The notes below the pieces were generated by a model. That model was given only the letters and a program-made list of their open reading frames with translations. It was not told the origin of the DNA and made no database searches. From Utricularia gibba (lineage: Eukaryota > Plantae > Magnoliophyta): 64,000 nucleotides of DNA. Below, one piece after another: positions 38,957 to 52,013 of this stretch; the first letter of the stretch is position 1, and the number at the start of each line of letters is the position of its first letter. The DNA lies in assembly GCA_002189035.1 (NCBI GenBank), contig NEEC01000010.1, forward strand, positions 2,356,001-2,420,000, read 5' to 3'. The position numbers were made by a program, and so were the translations under genes.

Positions 38957-41900
38957 TTAGGAGCTTAGGGTCGTGCTAGAGCCTTGCTGTCTCCCATCTC
39001 CCTCTGGGCGCTTCCAAAGACTCACTAGAAATGAGTCTATGATGATCTGCACATACATTGTTACATCAGTAAGCCTACAAGGCGAGTGATCTTGTCAACT
39101 GCATATGATTCATGTTTGATATGATAAGGGTGATCCTAGAATGACTCCTACTTGTTGCTGCTGGTCTCTCTTATCCCATTTGGTAAAAAAATGCGAGCAG
39201 CTTAGAAGGAATGAACAAATAAGATCACACTCGTTCATGTTATGGTTCTTCACCTGGTTTAAATGAGCTGCGATGCAGGGGAGAATCAGGAGCCCGGGCT
39301 CGCCTAAATGAGAACCGAGTTGCTCCACAACTGCTATCATCACTGGAAGAGTTTTCTGTGAAACAAATGGAGTATTTTGCAAAAACTTGAATGATTCCTG
39401 TGAGTAAAGGCGGTTTGGTTGATTAGGATCACGAGTTAGCGAGACCTGGCTGGCAACTAAAACAAGAGCACTGGTGTTTTCTTCCTTTGCAAATGGAGAT
39501 TTACTGCCCCAGATATGAGAGAGAGGGTGGGGATGGCGAAGTAATTGAAGCACAACAGGAGCGCATGGAGAAACCTGGAGCATCTTTACGTATTAGTTGA
39601 TGCAGCTCAACAACAGATGATGATATGCATGTACACAACGAAATAAACTATAATGAGGGAAAAGTTAATGGCATACCCTCCCATGAAGACAGCAACAAGA
39701 AACGTTGTTGGCTTCACAGATAGAATTAGTGACCTAGATCTGCTTATTTGAATCCAGGGGACCTTGAAAACACAGGAAACAGCAAGACCAACATCATGTT
39801 CCATAAGAAGCTCGGAGAGTATGGAAATTTCATTACAGAAGTATCAATAGTGAGGGTTGGCTTATGTTACCAAAACAAATGAAAAGAAAACATGGGGTGG
39901 GGGTGACTATTTCTCCATCTATCTAGTTTTAGAAATCATGACAACTTTTCAAAAAGTTAAATGATTCTAAAAACCCTGGCCCCAACCAACTTAAATGTTC
40001 CTTTTAACGGAATGAAATTGGGTTAGACCAGAAGAAAAACAAGGTCAAAATTAGAACTTACAAAACTTAGTAAAATCGCACTAATAATTGCTAGTGGGTT
40101 TCGGTTTGCATCCACAATAGCTGCCAAGGCTGCAATGTAATAGAATGCACTAACACGGTTTCAGATACATATTTTTAAGGATGAAATTCTGGGTACTTCC
40201 AAAAAACACAGAAATGGTGTGAATTATTTGTATTATCAATTGAAATTTTACATAAAGCTAACGATCATTCATGGCAGAATAAAGCTACTAACTCACCGAT
40301 TAGGCATTAAATGGAAACAGCCAATTTGAAGTATTTAAAAAAAATAATGAAGGTTAAACGGTTGACCTGGGAACCCTTCTCTGGCAACCTGTTATTTGAA
40401 AGATACCTGAACATCAATCTTATTTTTAATTACAATGTGGTGATGAAGTAAAGTCAGACCTTCCCCAAGATAAGAGGAACCAGAAGGGTGACGATAAGAC
40501 TCCTCAACAAACTTTCAGTAGGGAATGACACTCCTAATCCACCCGCAATTAAAGTAGATATAGAAAAGGGCACCTGAAGAAACAATGAACAACTCTAGTA
40601 GGCAGTAAGCTCTAACAAAATTACATGGATCATTGTACATGGATCTTACTATTAAGATTCCAATAAGTTAGATATCACTGTCATTGCAAGAGCCAGTGCT
40701 GAATTTCCCCCTGCTAACTGTCTTACATAAGAAGGAAAAAAAAACGAACAATTAGGAAAAGGCAGCTCTTATAACTGCATTTTGGAAAACTATTCATTGG
40801 AATTCAAGAAGAATGTCTATGGCTTAATTTACCCGAGTTATAGCAACTCCACTGGACAATGTTGTAGGCATACATGAAAACAAGGCCAGCCCTGTATTTG
40901 TGTGGAAGAAAAAAGGAAGGAAAGATAAAAGGTTAGCGTGAAAACGAGAAGTGTGTAGATTAAACAAAAAGAGCAGATCAAACCTGTTACAAATTCAAGT
41001 GGCTGGAGTCGAAGTAGCATAATGATCTTTGAAGATAATGGAGAGATGAATAAGATTGAAGCCTACACTACAACATAACACGGAAGTTAAGTTTCTGATG
41101 AAAAATTGCAATAAACATAAACATAAACGAAATGCCCAAAAACAGTGAGATGTATACGATATAAAAATCTAAAAAATTTTTTCATGACATAGAGAGAACA
41201 TCTTAGTACTGAGACACACAAAAATCATGCTATTTGATGTATATTACCATAAGCAAAAAAATGCATAGCTTTAATCATCTGCATAAACACGATATTATAA
41301 ACAATGATGCGAAATTGAGTTTGCAGTCAGGGGAAAACCAGCCCAAAGAGAACAACTGGCCATGCTTGTGTTGCAGCACCTATTTCATCACTGCGTAGCG
41401 TCAACCCTACAAACTGAAACTTTTTAGATAAACATGATACATAATCAAAACACCATCCTTCACAAAATCCAATGTTATGCCAAAATCACCGAGGAGACTA
41501 ACAAAAGCTCATGATAAAAGCGAACCTGAGATTACAAATATTCCAAAAGTGCTAATTTTTGAGAGATTATATGAATGAGCAAGGCGACCCAAATCAGGAT
41601 TTGCAAGTCCGAAGGCCACCCCAGTGACAAGAGCTGCAGCCGAAATAGAGTATAAACGCATTCAACTACTGAAAAGCCTTACGAAACAACTTTCACAGCA
41701 ACAATACCTATAGGTAGAAAATTCTGAGACGCAAACTTCGTTAATTGTTTACTCAAGTTCGAACCCCTCGGCCGTGAAGGATCAGCCTCGCCATATCGAT
41801 TTGTCTGGTCGAATTTACAAAATAAAAAATCTCAATGCTGGACATAACAAAAATTGAAAAAATGCAGACCTGGTGGGAATTGATGATAACTCTTCCGGAG

Positions 41901-42079
41901 GTCCTCCTATTAAAGGCTGGATGAATCTTCCAAAAAATAGAAGATTTTCTGCATGGGAATGATCCAAGATTCGATGAAGGACGGCATTCCAGATTCCTCC
42001 GAGACGGCGCCGATATCACACGATGAGGATGAAGGCAAAGAAATGCAACTGCTTGCGCCATAGCGGGCGCGCTCGCCAT
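38957..42079 (-). CDS. BASS4: Plastid sodium/metabolite cotransporter BASS4 (two apparent -1 indels)
   Basis: FASQNFLPIAL, CMPTTLSSGVA, LAGGNSALAL, VPWIQISRSR and KTLPVMIAVVEQL. Stop at 38959-38957. Confidence 0.9.
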
Positions 42080-43205
42080 CAGAAAGCCTATACGTTACAT
42101 ATTTACCAGTGATATTACTCCAGACCGAACCGCCTATTTGGGCCGAAAATACGCGGCTCGGATGACGATCGGCTCAATAAAAATGGGTTGGCCTACATAA
42201 CCTGAAAACCGGGTGGAATTGCGGTAGCAACGGTGCCAAATTTTTATTTTTTCCGAATTATATTTAATTATTTCAAAATATAGAATTATCCGTACAGTTT
42301 TCAAATATTTGATTATAAATAATTTGGAATTCAAAATTTAAATTTAATAGCATATGAGGGACTTTTGAAGGGTGAAAAGGTAAAAAAACAAAACTCTTAC
42401 AAAATAATATTTTAAAGAAAAAAAGGACTTCTGCAGGACTGCGACAGAACCATCATTGACGTATGATTTGCGTTGTGGGGCCCTATGCCTGTCAAAATCC
42501 TCATCTCCACCGTTGATTCCCTTGTCGCATCGACGGACACAAACGCCCTTCCTCTGACCCCAACTGAATTTTTGCCTGCGCCCTGATCCCCCACTCTCTA
42601 CCCACGGCGCGTGGCGTCCCAACAGCATTAATTTAACATAACTAAGCCTCACGGTTTCCCTGCACGCCATTAATTCTCCACGCGTCTCATCCAGGTTTTG
42701 ATTATTCCCCTCCAATTAAATTTTTAATAATTATCAAATGTTTGAAATAAACTGTTAATATAATTTATTATATAAAATTAATACTCCGTGTCCGTGTCCT
42801 GCACCCGAGTCCGACAAAACCGTGAGGGGCTGCATGGTGTGAGATTCCCGCTGTCGGGTAAACGGGTTTAGAGTACCGGATCCTCCGCTGCCGCTGACAC
42901 GCGGCTCCAGCCAAGGGGAGAAAAGCCCCGGGTCTACTGGGATGGATCTATTTGCGGACGGGTCGGATCCGGGACTCATGTCATGCATCATCTTCCAATA
43001 GCTTTATTTGATATAGCTTCTTGAAAAATATTTTTCAAGAAATGATTTTAATAAAGTGAAGTTGAGTTTCCATAGATTGTTAAAAATAAAAATTTTATTC
43101 TATTTTTTTGAGTTTTTAATAATAAAAATTATTTGTGTTTTCCAGAAATAAAATATGTTGAACCTAATGTGAATCGGACACTTGAAAATGAATTACAGTA
43201 GGTAA

Positions 43206-43254
43206 TAAAACCCTAAAATAAATACTATAAAAATAGTTTGTGGTTTAGGGTTTT
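43206..43254. repeat. Inverted pair of telomere-motif boxes (12-bp perfect arms)
   Basis: TAAAACCCTAAA (43206-43217) and TTTAGGGTTTTA (43243-43254), with an inner ACTAT/ATAGT stem. Confidence 0.8.
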
Positions 43255-43566
43255 AGTGAAAGATTAATTTACCTTTTAGCATTACATGCAGAAGAAGTAA
43301 GATGAAGATCCCAAAACACTTTAATGAGAAAGAACAGAGAGAGGAGATACAGAGAGCAAGTGCAATTATGACTCCACTGCACTCTTGATCGGCCTCTACC
43401 TTCTTCCCTGCTCATAAATAACGCAAGTCACGGAGCTAGGGTTTCTGCGCCACTCACATCTCTTACTTTGCTTCTTCTTCTTCTTCTTCTTCGTCTTTCT
43501 CCTTTTTTTTTTTTTTTTTTTTTTGCTTTTTTTCTTGCCTGTTGGAAGGAAGACGGGTTTGGAAGA

Positions 43567-43680
43567 AAGGGGGGCGTGTTTGTGGGGAATGTTGGCTGGC
43601 TCGACGCACCCACATTCTTATTTTTCCCAAAGGAATGTGATGGCTTCGGACCAGGCTTCATTCCTCTCAAACACCCTTCG
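43567..43680 (+). ncRNA. MIR166: MIR166 precursor hairpin
   Basis: Mature TCGGACCAGGCTTCATTCCTC (43646-43666) pairs with star GGAATGTTGGCTGGCTCGACG (43586-43606). Flanking stems and a CACATTC/GAATGTG upper stem are present; TATA-like CATAAATA near 43413. Confidence 0.95.
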
Positions 43681-45014
43681 TCGAGACGAGATATCATCAG
43701 ACTTGCATAGACTTTATCTTTCATTCCTATGGTTAAGGGTTAAGATCTGGACCCATCCGCTCAGATAGGAAACCTTTTTGATTCAAGGATGCTGTTGGTT
43801 TTCGTATTCCATTTAGGCATGGAATTCTGTGTTGTTTTTTTTCCCAGTCAAAGTCGTTAGAGAGAGATGAATGGATGCCAGGCTGAATAATGTGGGGAAA
43901 AAAGCAGAGTAGGTATCTAGCTGCCCTATCCCTCCTATGCGCAGCTGACTTCTGTTTCCTTTGTTTTCTTTCTGAAGCCATTTCATTTCTTCTTGTTGTA
44001 TAGTGTGTTTCAAGAGCAAAGAATGGTGCACTCCACTCCATCCAAGGAGATGGTTCCCCCAAGCTTGCTGTCTTTGTTTACTGAATCTGATCCAGTGACT
44101 GGCAGAAGAGACAACTTTCTATGGAAAGCAATGTCTTTGACCTCAGCTTTCTTTCAACAACCAGATTAACTTTTTTTCCTTTTTCTTCCTATAGTTGTTT
44201 ACACACACACACACCCCATTTGCCTTTCTTCATCTCCATCCATTCTCAGCAACACACGCAGACTAATTGGTCTTCAAATGATAAAAAAACAGAAGAGAAC
44301 CCCGCACCGGAAATGCAGTCTCAAACAAAACCCTCAGTGGAACTTGGGGAAGAAGATGCACTTGCACAGACACCCATGTGTGTGTGTGTGTGTATGTGGA
44401 GGAAACTTAGTTGTGATATGCATTTGCGCTGCTTACTGTCAACAAATGCAGCCCATAAAAGCCCCCGAGGTCATATTCGTAATTACACACAGTTGCTATC
44501 TTAGTTCTTTTGCATAGCGCACATCCTCTTTTCCCTTCATCAAAACGTTAAAATTCTAATTTTAGAATTAAAATCCAATTTGTGTGGAAAGGGGCAATGA
44601 AGTCCAAAGGGTCAACGTTGGTTGACTGCACCGCACGTGGGGTCAACTCATTTGACAGCCTGCTGACCGGGTTGCCAATGGAGCTACCAAAATCCCGGTT
44701 CGGTGAAACGGTTCGACCACACGAAAATCGAATCTTCAACCGAGTCATCTCCGGCTCTTTAAACAAAAAAAATGCAAAGAAATAATTATTTATCTAAAAA
44801 AAGAGCAAAAATAGCTAAAAACGAAATAAAAACTATGGGACATACAAGAATGATACAACAATGAGTCGTTTGTGGGATTCCACGCTGCCTACCGGATCCA
44901 AAACCAGCCGTGACAGCGGCGGTTCTCCGGTAGGATCTGGTTTATCGAATGGCCGGAGAAGGCATCGGAGGAACCGAAGCAGCCGGTGAGAACGAGCTCC
45001 TCCCTCATTCACCA

Positions 45015-48000
45015 TCACTTGGTTCTTTCTTCCCTCTTGGTCTTAAGAACCATGTAATGCCTAGACAGCAGTTCTAGCAGAGACTGGCGTCCAAAAAGTT
45101 CAGAGTTCTCCAGAAGAATATTCCTAGTGGAAAGATTGACATGGTATTCTTGACCAGGCATCCATTGCAGCAGATGAAACAGCAAGTCCTTCTTCTCAGG
45201 CTGCTTCACATAGCGGGAAATGCCCATCTCAAATATCTCCTGAGAAAGTAGAAGATGCAACGACAATCACAATATTAGTTAACAAGCAGCATTTTAAATG
45301 CGAATTGCTCTAAATTTTAGAAGCGGAAGTCTTGAAAGAAGGCACATGATAATGACGGACGACTGAATATTACCGGATCGATCTTGTACCCGGAGCTGTG
45401 GATAGACTTGATCACATCATTTACCAAGTTTATGTTGCCTTTTTCCATGAATTTAATGGCAAACCTCTTGATAGCATGCTGAGGGATCAGCTTTGCATGA
45501 TCCTGATGAATGTGGAGAGCTTCTAAGTACAGAGGGCAACACATGATTAGATCTCAAATGGTTACCTTGACAACCACGTATGCATCTTTCAAAAGATCTC
45601 CGGCTAGTAGAATAAGTAAAATCTTATGGTGGATCGCCTTGTTAATTGTTCGCTTGCTGTACTTCAGTATGCCGTACAGTGTGTATGCTTCTGAATGGGC
45701 TGAGATCCTACTGAGATGGTTGATAAGAGAGACACAGAGACCCTGCATGAGACCATAAAACTCTTTGGAGTTGGGACAGATTCAAATAAACAACAAAAAC
45801 AGATGGATTTTTTCATCAAAGTAAGCAGCTTGACAAACACATCTGCAAGCTTAAAAATGCATACTGATACTCAAAAATGATGGATGTTTTGCTAGAATAA
45901 TAAACTGAGTCGCATACATACCTCTTCAGGCTGGTGACCCTTACTGTGCATGTCGAGCATTGTGCGATATGCAAGATTATACAGCTTTTCTGTGCAAAAA
46001 TATTTAATTAGAATACGGAATGTGCTTAGATCAGGTATTATCGACGATTCATCCATCCTCTTCATTGTTTTCATCACATTATCCATTTCTCCAGATCTAC
46101 AGTACGCACAGAGCATAGAGTTCAGGATAACCACATCATATTTGCCATATTTTGCCTCATATTCACAAGCTAGCTGTTTTGCTTCATCAATAAGCCGACT
46201 CCGGCACAAGGCTGTAATCATGATACTGTAGGAGTAACCATCTGGACAATAAATGGATACAGAACCCAATTAGCTAGGCATAAAAAAGGATGCAAAAAGT
46301 CAGTAGAAGACAACATATGGGTCGCATGCATACCAAAAAAACACCCTACTGACCATGCACATCAACCTATATAGTCTATTGTCCCTAGAAACTGCGCTCT
46401 TCAAAACAAAATGAAGTTGTCTGAGAGAAAACACAGAAAAAGTACACAGTTCGCGAATTGGATACAGCCCTACATCAAGACGAACCATTTTTCACTTGCT
46501 TTCGCTTCATTTCATGGAAAAAGGCTTTGGCTTCTGTGAGTTTGCCAGTTTTTGCAAAGCCATCCATAAGTATGCAGTATGGCATCTGCAAGGTATGGGC
46601 AGTTCCTGAGCCACAAAGAAATGAAGAAACACTGGAGATTTGGCTGAAGAATCATCAATCAAACTATCCAAATTGCAAAATGTTATCAAAAAATTACAAG
46701 TGAGAAAAAAAAAGAAAACAAGATCATGGATAAGTGAGACAATAAAGAAACAAGAACATGGTTTAAGAAGTTGTTTGCGCTATAAAAAAAAAAAACCATC
46801 ATTTTGGCATGCTGACTAAATAAAGTAATAACCTCATCCTCAGCATAGCCAAGAGCCTGCAATTCATTCAACAGCTCTCTTGATCTTTCAAATAAACCAC
46901 TTCTAACATATGCTTTCAACAGAGTTGTTAGAATAACCTGCAAGAGATTCATACAAGGTCTCTCAGAAAAAAAAATAAAAACAAACCAATCTGATTATAT
47001 TCATCGAATTTGGATTTAGCTGAGTCACACATAAATCCCATAAATTAAGAAAATAAAAAAGGCAGCTTTCAATAATCATAATGTTAAAAAGTGCACCTTA
47101 CTCAAATCTAAACCGGCTGATCTCATTTCTTGAATCAACTCATCTGCCTTTCTGTAATTTCCATCATATGCATAAGCATTCAGAAGAGAACTGTAGTGGA
47201 AAGCATTGGGAGAATATCCTTCTTTCTTCATCTCATCAAAGTACTTTTGTGCTTCTTCACATTGTCCATTTGAAGCACAAACGGATAATATTGTTCCATA
47301 TAGCACAGAATCCATGGACAACCCTCTGGACTTCATTTCTCGAACAAGTTCCATGGCCTTGAAGTAGCCACCTCTTGATTTAGTGCAGCTAGCAAGCAGC
47401 TATGAGATATAATTTAGCTATGTTATGGCTAGAATTGAATTGGCATATGAGAGAGAGAAAAATTGTTCCTATTAGCAAGAGAAATCTAATAAGTGCGACT
47501 AGAACAGCAAAACAAAGTGGTTCAGGGAAAAATATTCTCCTTGTGTACTTCAGCTTTAGCACCAACACAATCCTTTAAAAAAAAGCTATCAAACCCCCAA
47601 GCCAAAGAAATCTTTTTACAAAAATCTGAAAATACTGTGAGAGCCGTCCCTTATTATTCTTCAACCCAAATTTGGATCGTTATTACTTTATCAGTTGTAG
47701 CATCATTTCATCATTGAAATGAGGCACAAGTATAATGAAAAATCAAGCTGCCTATGAAACCTCAGTGTAGCCATACGGCGTAAGCATACCGTGCTATAAG
47801 TTACAATATCTGGTTCTAAGCCAGCTCTTTTCATCTGACTAAAAAGCTTCAGGCTGCTGCTAAAATTTCCATCCTTCACAAGACTATGCAAAGTCGAATT
47901 ACAAACTGAAACATTAATCCTTGTAGAGTCATCTTTGATGCTGTTGTATATCTCTAAAACTTTCATAGAATTAAAGTTCCTTCCTACAACCTTTATATAA

Positions 48001-48723
48001 CCGCTGTAGGAAGCAACATTAGTTTTCCCATGCTCTCTCATCCAATCAAAAAGCTGTACGAAGCAAGAGAACACAATAAGCAAAATTCTAGCAAATGAAT
48101 ATGCATTCATCTCTGCAAAAACTGATAAAGAGACTGGCTTTTCACATATTGGCATTGCAACATAGGAATAAATCATAAAATATCAAAATAACTCAAATTC
48201 CATAAATACAATATTTTGCTCAAGATAACCTGACAAAGTTCGTCTACTCTGTTTAGGTTTCCGAAATGCCGCAGCACCACGTTCAGATCCTGTGCTTTCA
48301 ACATTTCGCCTGATCTGAAAAGTGAGCAAAAAACCACACGCACAGGGTGATGAAGTAAGAAAATTCAAAAAATTACCAAGGAAAATCTGACCCCCAAAAC
48401 TGTGCGTTATCTAGATTAAGCAAAGTACAAGCCACAAACCTCAAAAGAGCAGAAGCCAAATCAGGAGAGTCCTGAATATCACGAATTGCCAGTTCTCTCT
48501 TTTTCTGCAAAGGCGAAACAACCTTCACGAGATTTTCAGAAACATTCCCTATTTCTTCCACAGGCTTTTCAGCGCCACGAACATGAACAACAGCAAGGGA
48601 GCCTCTTTGCATTGGCCACACGGCAACGCCGGTGCTTCCGTGTGTAAAGTCGTTCACATGTCTCGACGTGGGAAGGCAACACACCGGCCGGAAACCATTT
48701 CCCAAAGCCGGAAAAATCTCCAT
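45015..48723 (-). CDS. EMB3103: P-type plastid PPR protein (At1g10910 ortholog), multi-exon
   Basis: LKAQDLNVVLRHFG, LFDWMREHGK, DSVLYGTILSVCASNG, LNSMLCAYCRSGEM and LLQWMPGQ are collinear with recalled At1g10910. Confidence 0.88.
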
Positions 48724-49038
48724 GAAGGTTGTGAGCAGATTACAGAACCAGGCGCCAGGAAAACTGGATTATTTTCCACAACCCAACCCGAAGTTCGGGG
48801 CGGGTTGAGCCCGCTTCGGAGTTCGGAGTCACCGAACCAAATCCGCCTTGCCGGCCCGATCCACTCGGGCCGGTGTCCGAAGCCAAGAATTCAATTTATT
48901 TTTTTGGAACACTTTGTTCTTCCTCGAAAGAATTTATTATTAAATATAAACAACTTTTATTCCAAAAAAATAGATAACCAGAAATAATTTGAAACTGTAT
49001 AAATTTGCGTTCTTTTATTATAAGTATCTCTTAAAAGG

Positions 49039-49043
<5 letters not shown>

Positions 49044-49082
<39 letters not shown>
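49044..49082. repeat. (ATT)13 microsatellite
   Basis: Read directly from the sequence. Confidence 0.9.
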
Positions 49083-49084
<2 letters not shown>

Positions 49085-50677
49085 TATTTTAAAAAATAAT
49101 AACAGCTCAGCTATTATTAGGTGGACATTTCTGCATGAGCCAACCGACACATTAACTTGGATTTAGTGCTTCCCGTCCGTCCACCTCAAAGAATTACAAC
49201 ACGTGCTCCGAAAACTAATAATAATAACATTTTTTTATTATTATGGCTTCACATGCCTATTGTTAAAAAATTAATAAAAAAATATGACCACTTATTGCAT
49301 CAATAAAAATATCAAAATTTCAAAAAAAATATTATTTATCAGTTTGGTAGTGCATTTTGTTTGCTCATCACTAAATACATGTGAGATTAACTTATACAAG
49401 AATTTATTTTGTCTATAATATTATTTTAAAAAGTATTATTCAATAAAATTTATAATTATGATTGTATAAAATATCATCAAAAACCTTAAAGTTAAATAAA
49501 TTGAAGGTGGAAAATTTTTATAAGACATTAAAGATGAATTAATAGAAGAAATAAATGTGATATTTGAAAATAAAACCTTTTGAGGTAAAAATGATATTTG
49601 TTTATTTCAGCATGATTAAATTGAATAAAATTTTCCAAATATCTAACTCATTTTCCTAAATATCTTGTTTAAACTTTAAAATGAACGAGCCCTAATTTTA
49701 AAAGACATTTCAATCAATTTATCGGAAATTTAAAGTGCGTTAAATTAAATTTCCTCTTTTAAAAATAAATTAATTTTGCAATAAATATTTTGGAAGCAAG
49801 AGCTGCTCACTGGGGGGGCCATTGCAAAAAAAAAAAAAGAAAAAAAGGAGCTGGTTACAGGGGAGGGGTGTGAGCAAAGAAACCGGGCGTTAGATGCAAT
49901 GTATCCATCTCATGTCTGAGTTGGCAAGGAGAGAAGGAATGGAGGAGTAGGACACAGGATTGCAATTTATGTCGACCTGCCTGCAAGTAGTGGTGTGGGG
50001 AGGGAGACAACTGAAAAGAAAGCCGGCCGAACACTGCAAGCCCCCGGCTAAAAGGAATGCTTTTAGGCGGCATTGATTCTTCCTGTTTCTGGGTTTTGTT
50101 TGTATCACCTGTGGAAGCCTTTGCGGTCGCTTCGGTTTCAATGTGACCCAGCAAAACAAATCCCTTTTGGGTTCAATCAAGATGGGATTTGTTTACTCTT
50201 CAATTGAAATGATGGATCTTTTTGTGGTTGGATGCTGGGATTCACTGTAGATTTTTCTTTCTGGTAAGGGTTGACGTAACTTTTTTTTTTTTTTGAAACT
50301 TTTGACTTCAAAGATCTGTATTTCGGCGGTGGATTTGGATTCGCTGCTTCCGTCTTCCTACATTGGTCTTTGATTAAGAAATCTGCGTTTGTCTGGTTTA
50401 GAAAGTCCTTTTGTGTGTGTGTGTGTGTGTGTGTGAATGGAAGCTGATTCATTCCCTATGCCTCTTTCTGCGCGTGGGGTTATAGTAATATGCGTTTCAA
50501 TTTGTGGGTAATGGCTGAAATGGACAGTGAAGTTGAGAGACTGTAGACGTGTTTGAGCTCTGGGCAGGAATGCTTGAAGATTTCATTGTGGATCTTGAGT
50601 AGAGTACATTGTTGGGTTTTATGTATTGTTTTCTAAAACGAATATCCAATGCTGATCCGTTGCAGACGATACTGGTT

Positions 50678-52013
50678 ATGGCGAGCACAAATGGAGCATC
50701 CACCACCAGAAGTATGCTGTATAATGGGAGAACTTCTGTACTGCCTCCTAAAATTCCATTTCCCTGCGTACGTTCATCCCTGCACCCCCCTGGTTCAGGG
50801 GTCGGCCTAAGCACAATGCAGGAGAAGGGCGATGCAGCATCGCATCACCAGCGTACTTCTTCTGATTTCCTGATAGGTGAGAAGCCATCTTGGCTGGATG
50901 ATCTCCTTGATGAGCCGGAAACACCTCTGCATAAGCCCCGTCATCGTCGCTCATCGAGTGATTCATCTGCATACACTGACTTTACCAATTATGGGAACAT
51001 GGATCTGGAATCTCGACATGATAGGTACAAGAAGACGAACTCTCTAGCCTTCTCTTTCAAGAGTTTGTTAACTGAATCTTAGACTTGAGTTTCTTGTGAT
51101 AGGACCCAGAGCAAGCAGTGGGATGCAGCAAACATTGCACCTGCTACTCATGGTCTTTATAGAGATACAGGACTTTGGATCACTTCGCATGATTCAGACA
51201 GGAGCCAATCTTGGCTGACAGAAAACAAGGAAATGGTCAACTCTGGTTATGCGGACGCAGGGGGATCTGTAGAGAAGACTAGTTCATCTAATTCCAAGTC
51301 TCCGGAAGCAGAAACAAAGCGCACCAAACAGTATGTTCTTTATTCAGATAACCTTCTCTTGTTGCATTAGCACTTATGATCATGTTTGGAAGTGATTCAT
51401 CATGCAAACTTAAGTGAAGCAGTTAGTTATACACCCGGTTTTATGCAGCCAATATGCACAACGCTCACGGGTTCGAAGGCTCCAATACATAGCTGAACTT
51501 GAAAGAACCGTCCAAGCTTTACAGGCAAACCATTCATCATGCCATATCTGTATCTAGATAAGCTTTTGTCTGTCTGTTACTAATACCACCATTTTTCCAA
51601 ACGGTGTATTGTGTGTGATTTCAGGCTGAAGGCTCTCAAGCTTCTGCTGAAATAGATTTCATCAACCAGAAAAACTTCATCCTGAGCATGGAGAATAAAG
51701 CCCTTAAGCAACGCTTGGAAGGCTTAGCTCAAGAGCACCACATCAAGCACAGTAAGTTAATTTGTTGTTCCTTTTTTCATTTAGCCACAGAGACTACATG
51801 CATCTGAGATGAATTTCTGAGCATTATGACTGTGAACATTGTGCAGTGGAGCATGACATGCTTGAGAGAGAAGTTGGGAGACTGAGGAACTTGCTTCAGA
51901 AACAACAGCACTCGTCACCTATCCAAAGGCTTGATATCATAAGCAAAGATCTTGAAAAGCATTTTGCTAGCCTCACCCTGAAACCCAAGGAAGCCGGTGC
52001 GGCTGGCAACTAA
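50678..52013 (+). CDS. bZIP transcription factor (At1g58110-like), 5 coding exons plus a 5'-UTR intron
   Basis: LPPKIPFP, HQRTSS, PSWLDDLL, HRRSSSDS and the basic region KRTKHQYAQRSRVRRLQYIAELER. GC-AG intron at 51525-51624. Confidence 0.9.

Noticed and set aside
41757-41767. B-box-like GTTCGAACCCC suggesting a tRNA
   Set aside because: No T-arm stem on either strand, and it lies within BASS4 exon 2.
43420-43566. miPEP in the pri-miR166 leader
   Set aside because: No ATG between the TATA-like box and the hairpin.
49341-49695. Tourist-like MITE (right end GAACGAGCCC-TAA)
   Set aside because: The left TIR is too degenerate to define an element.
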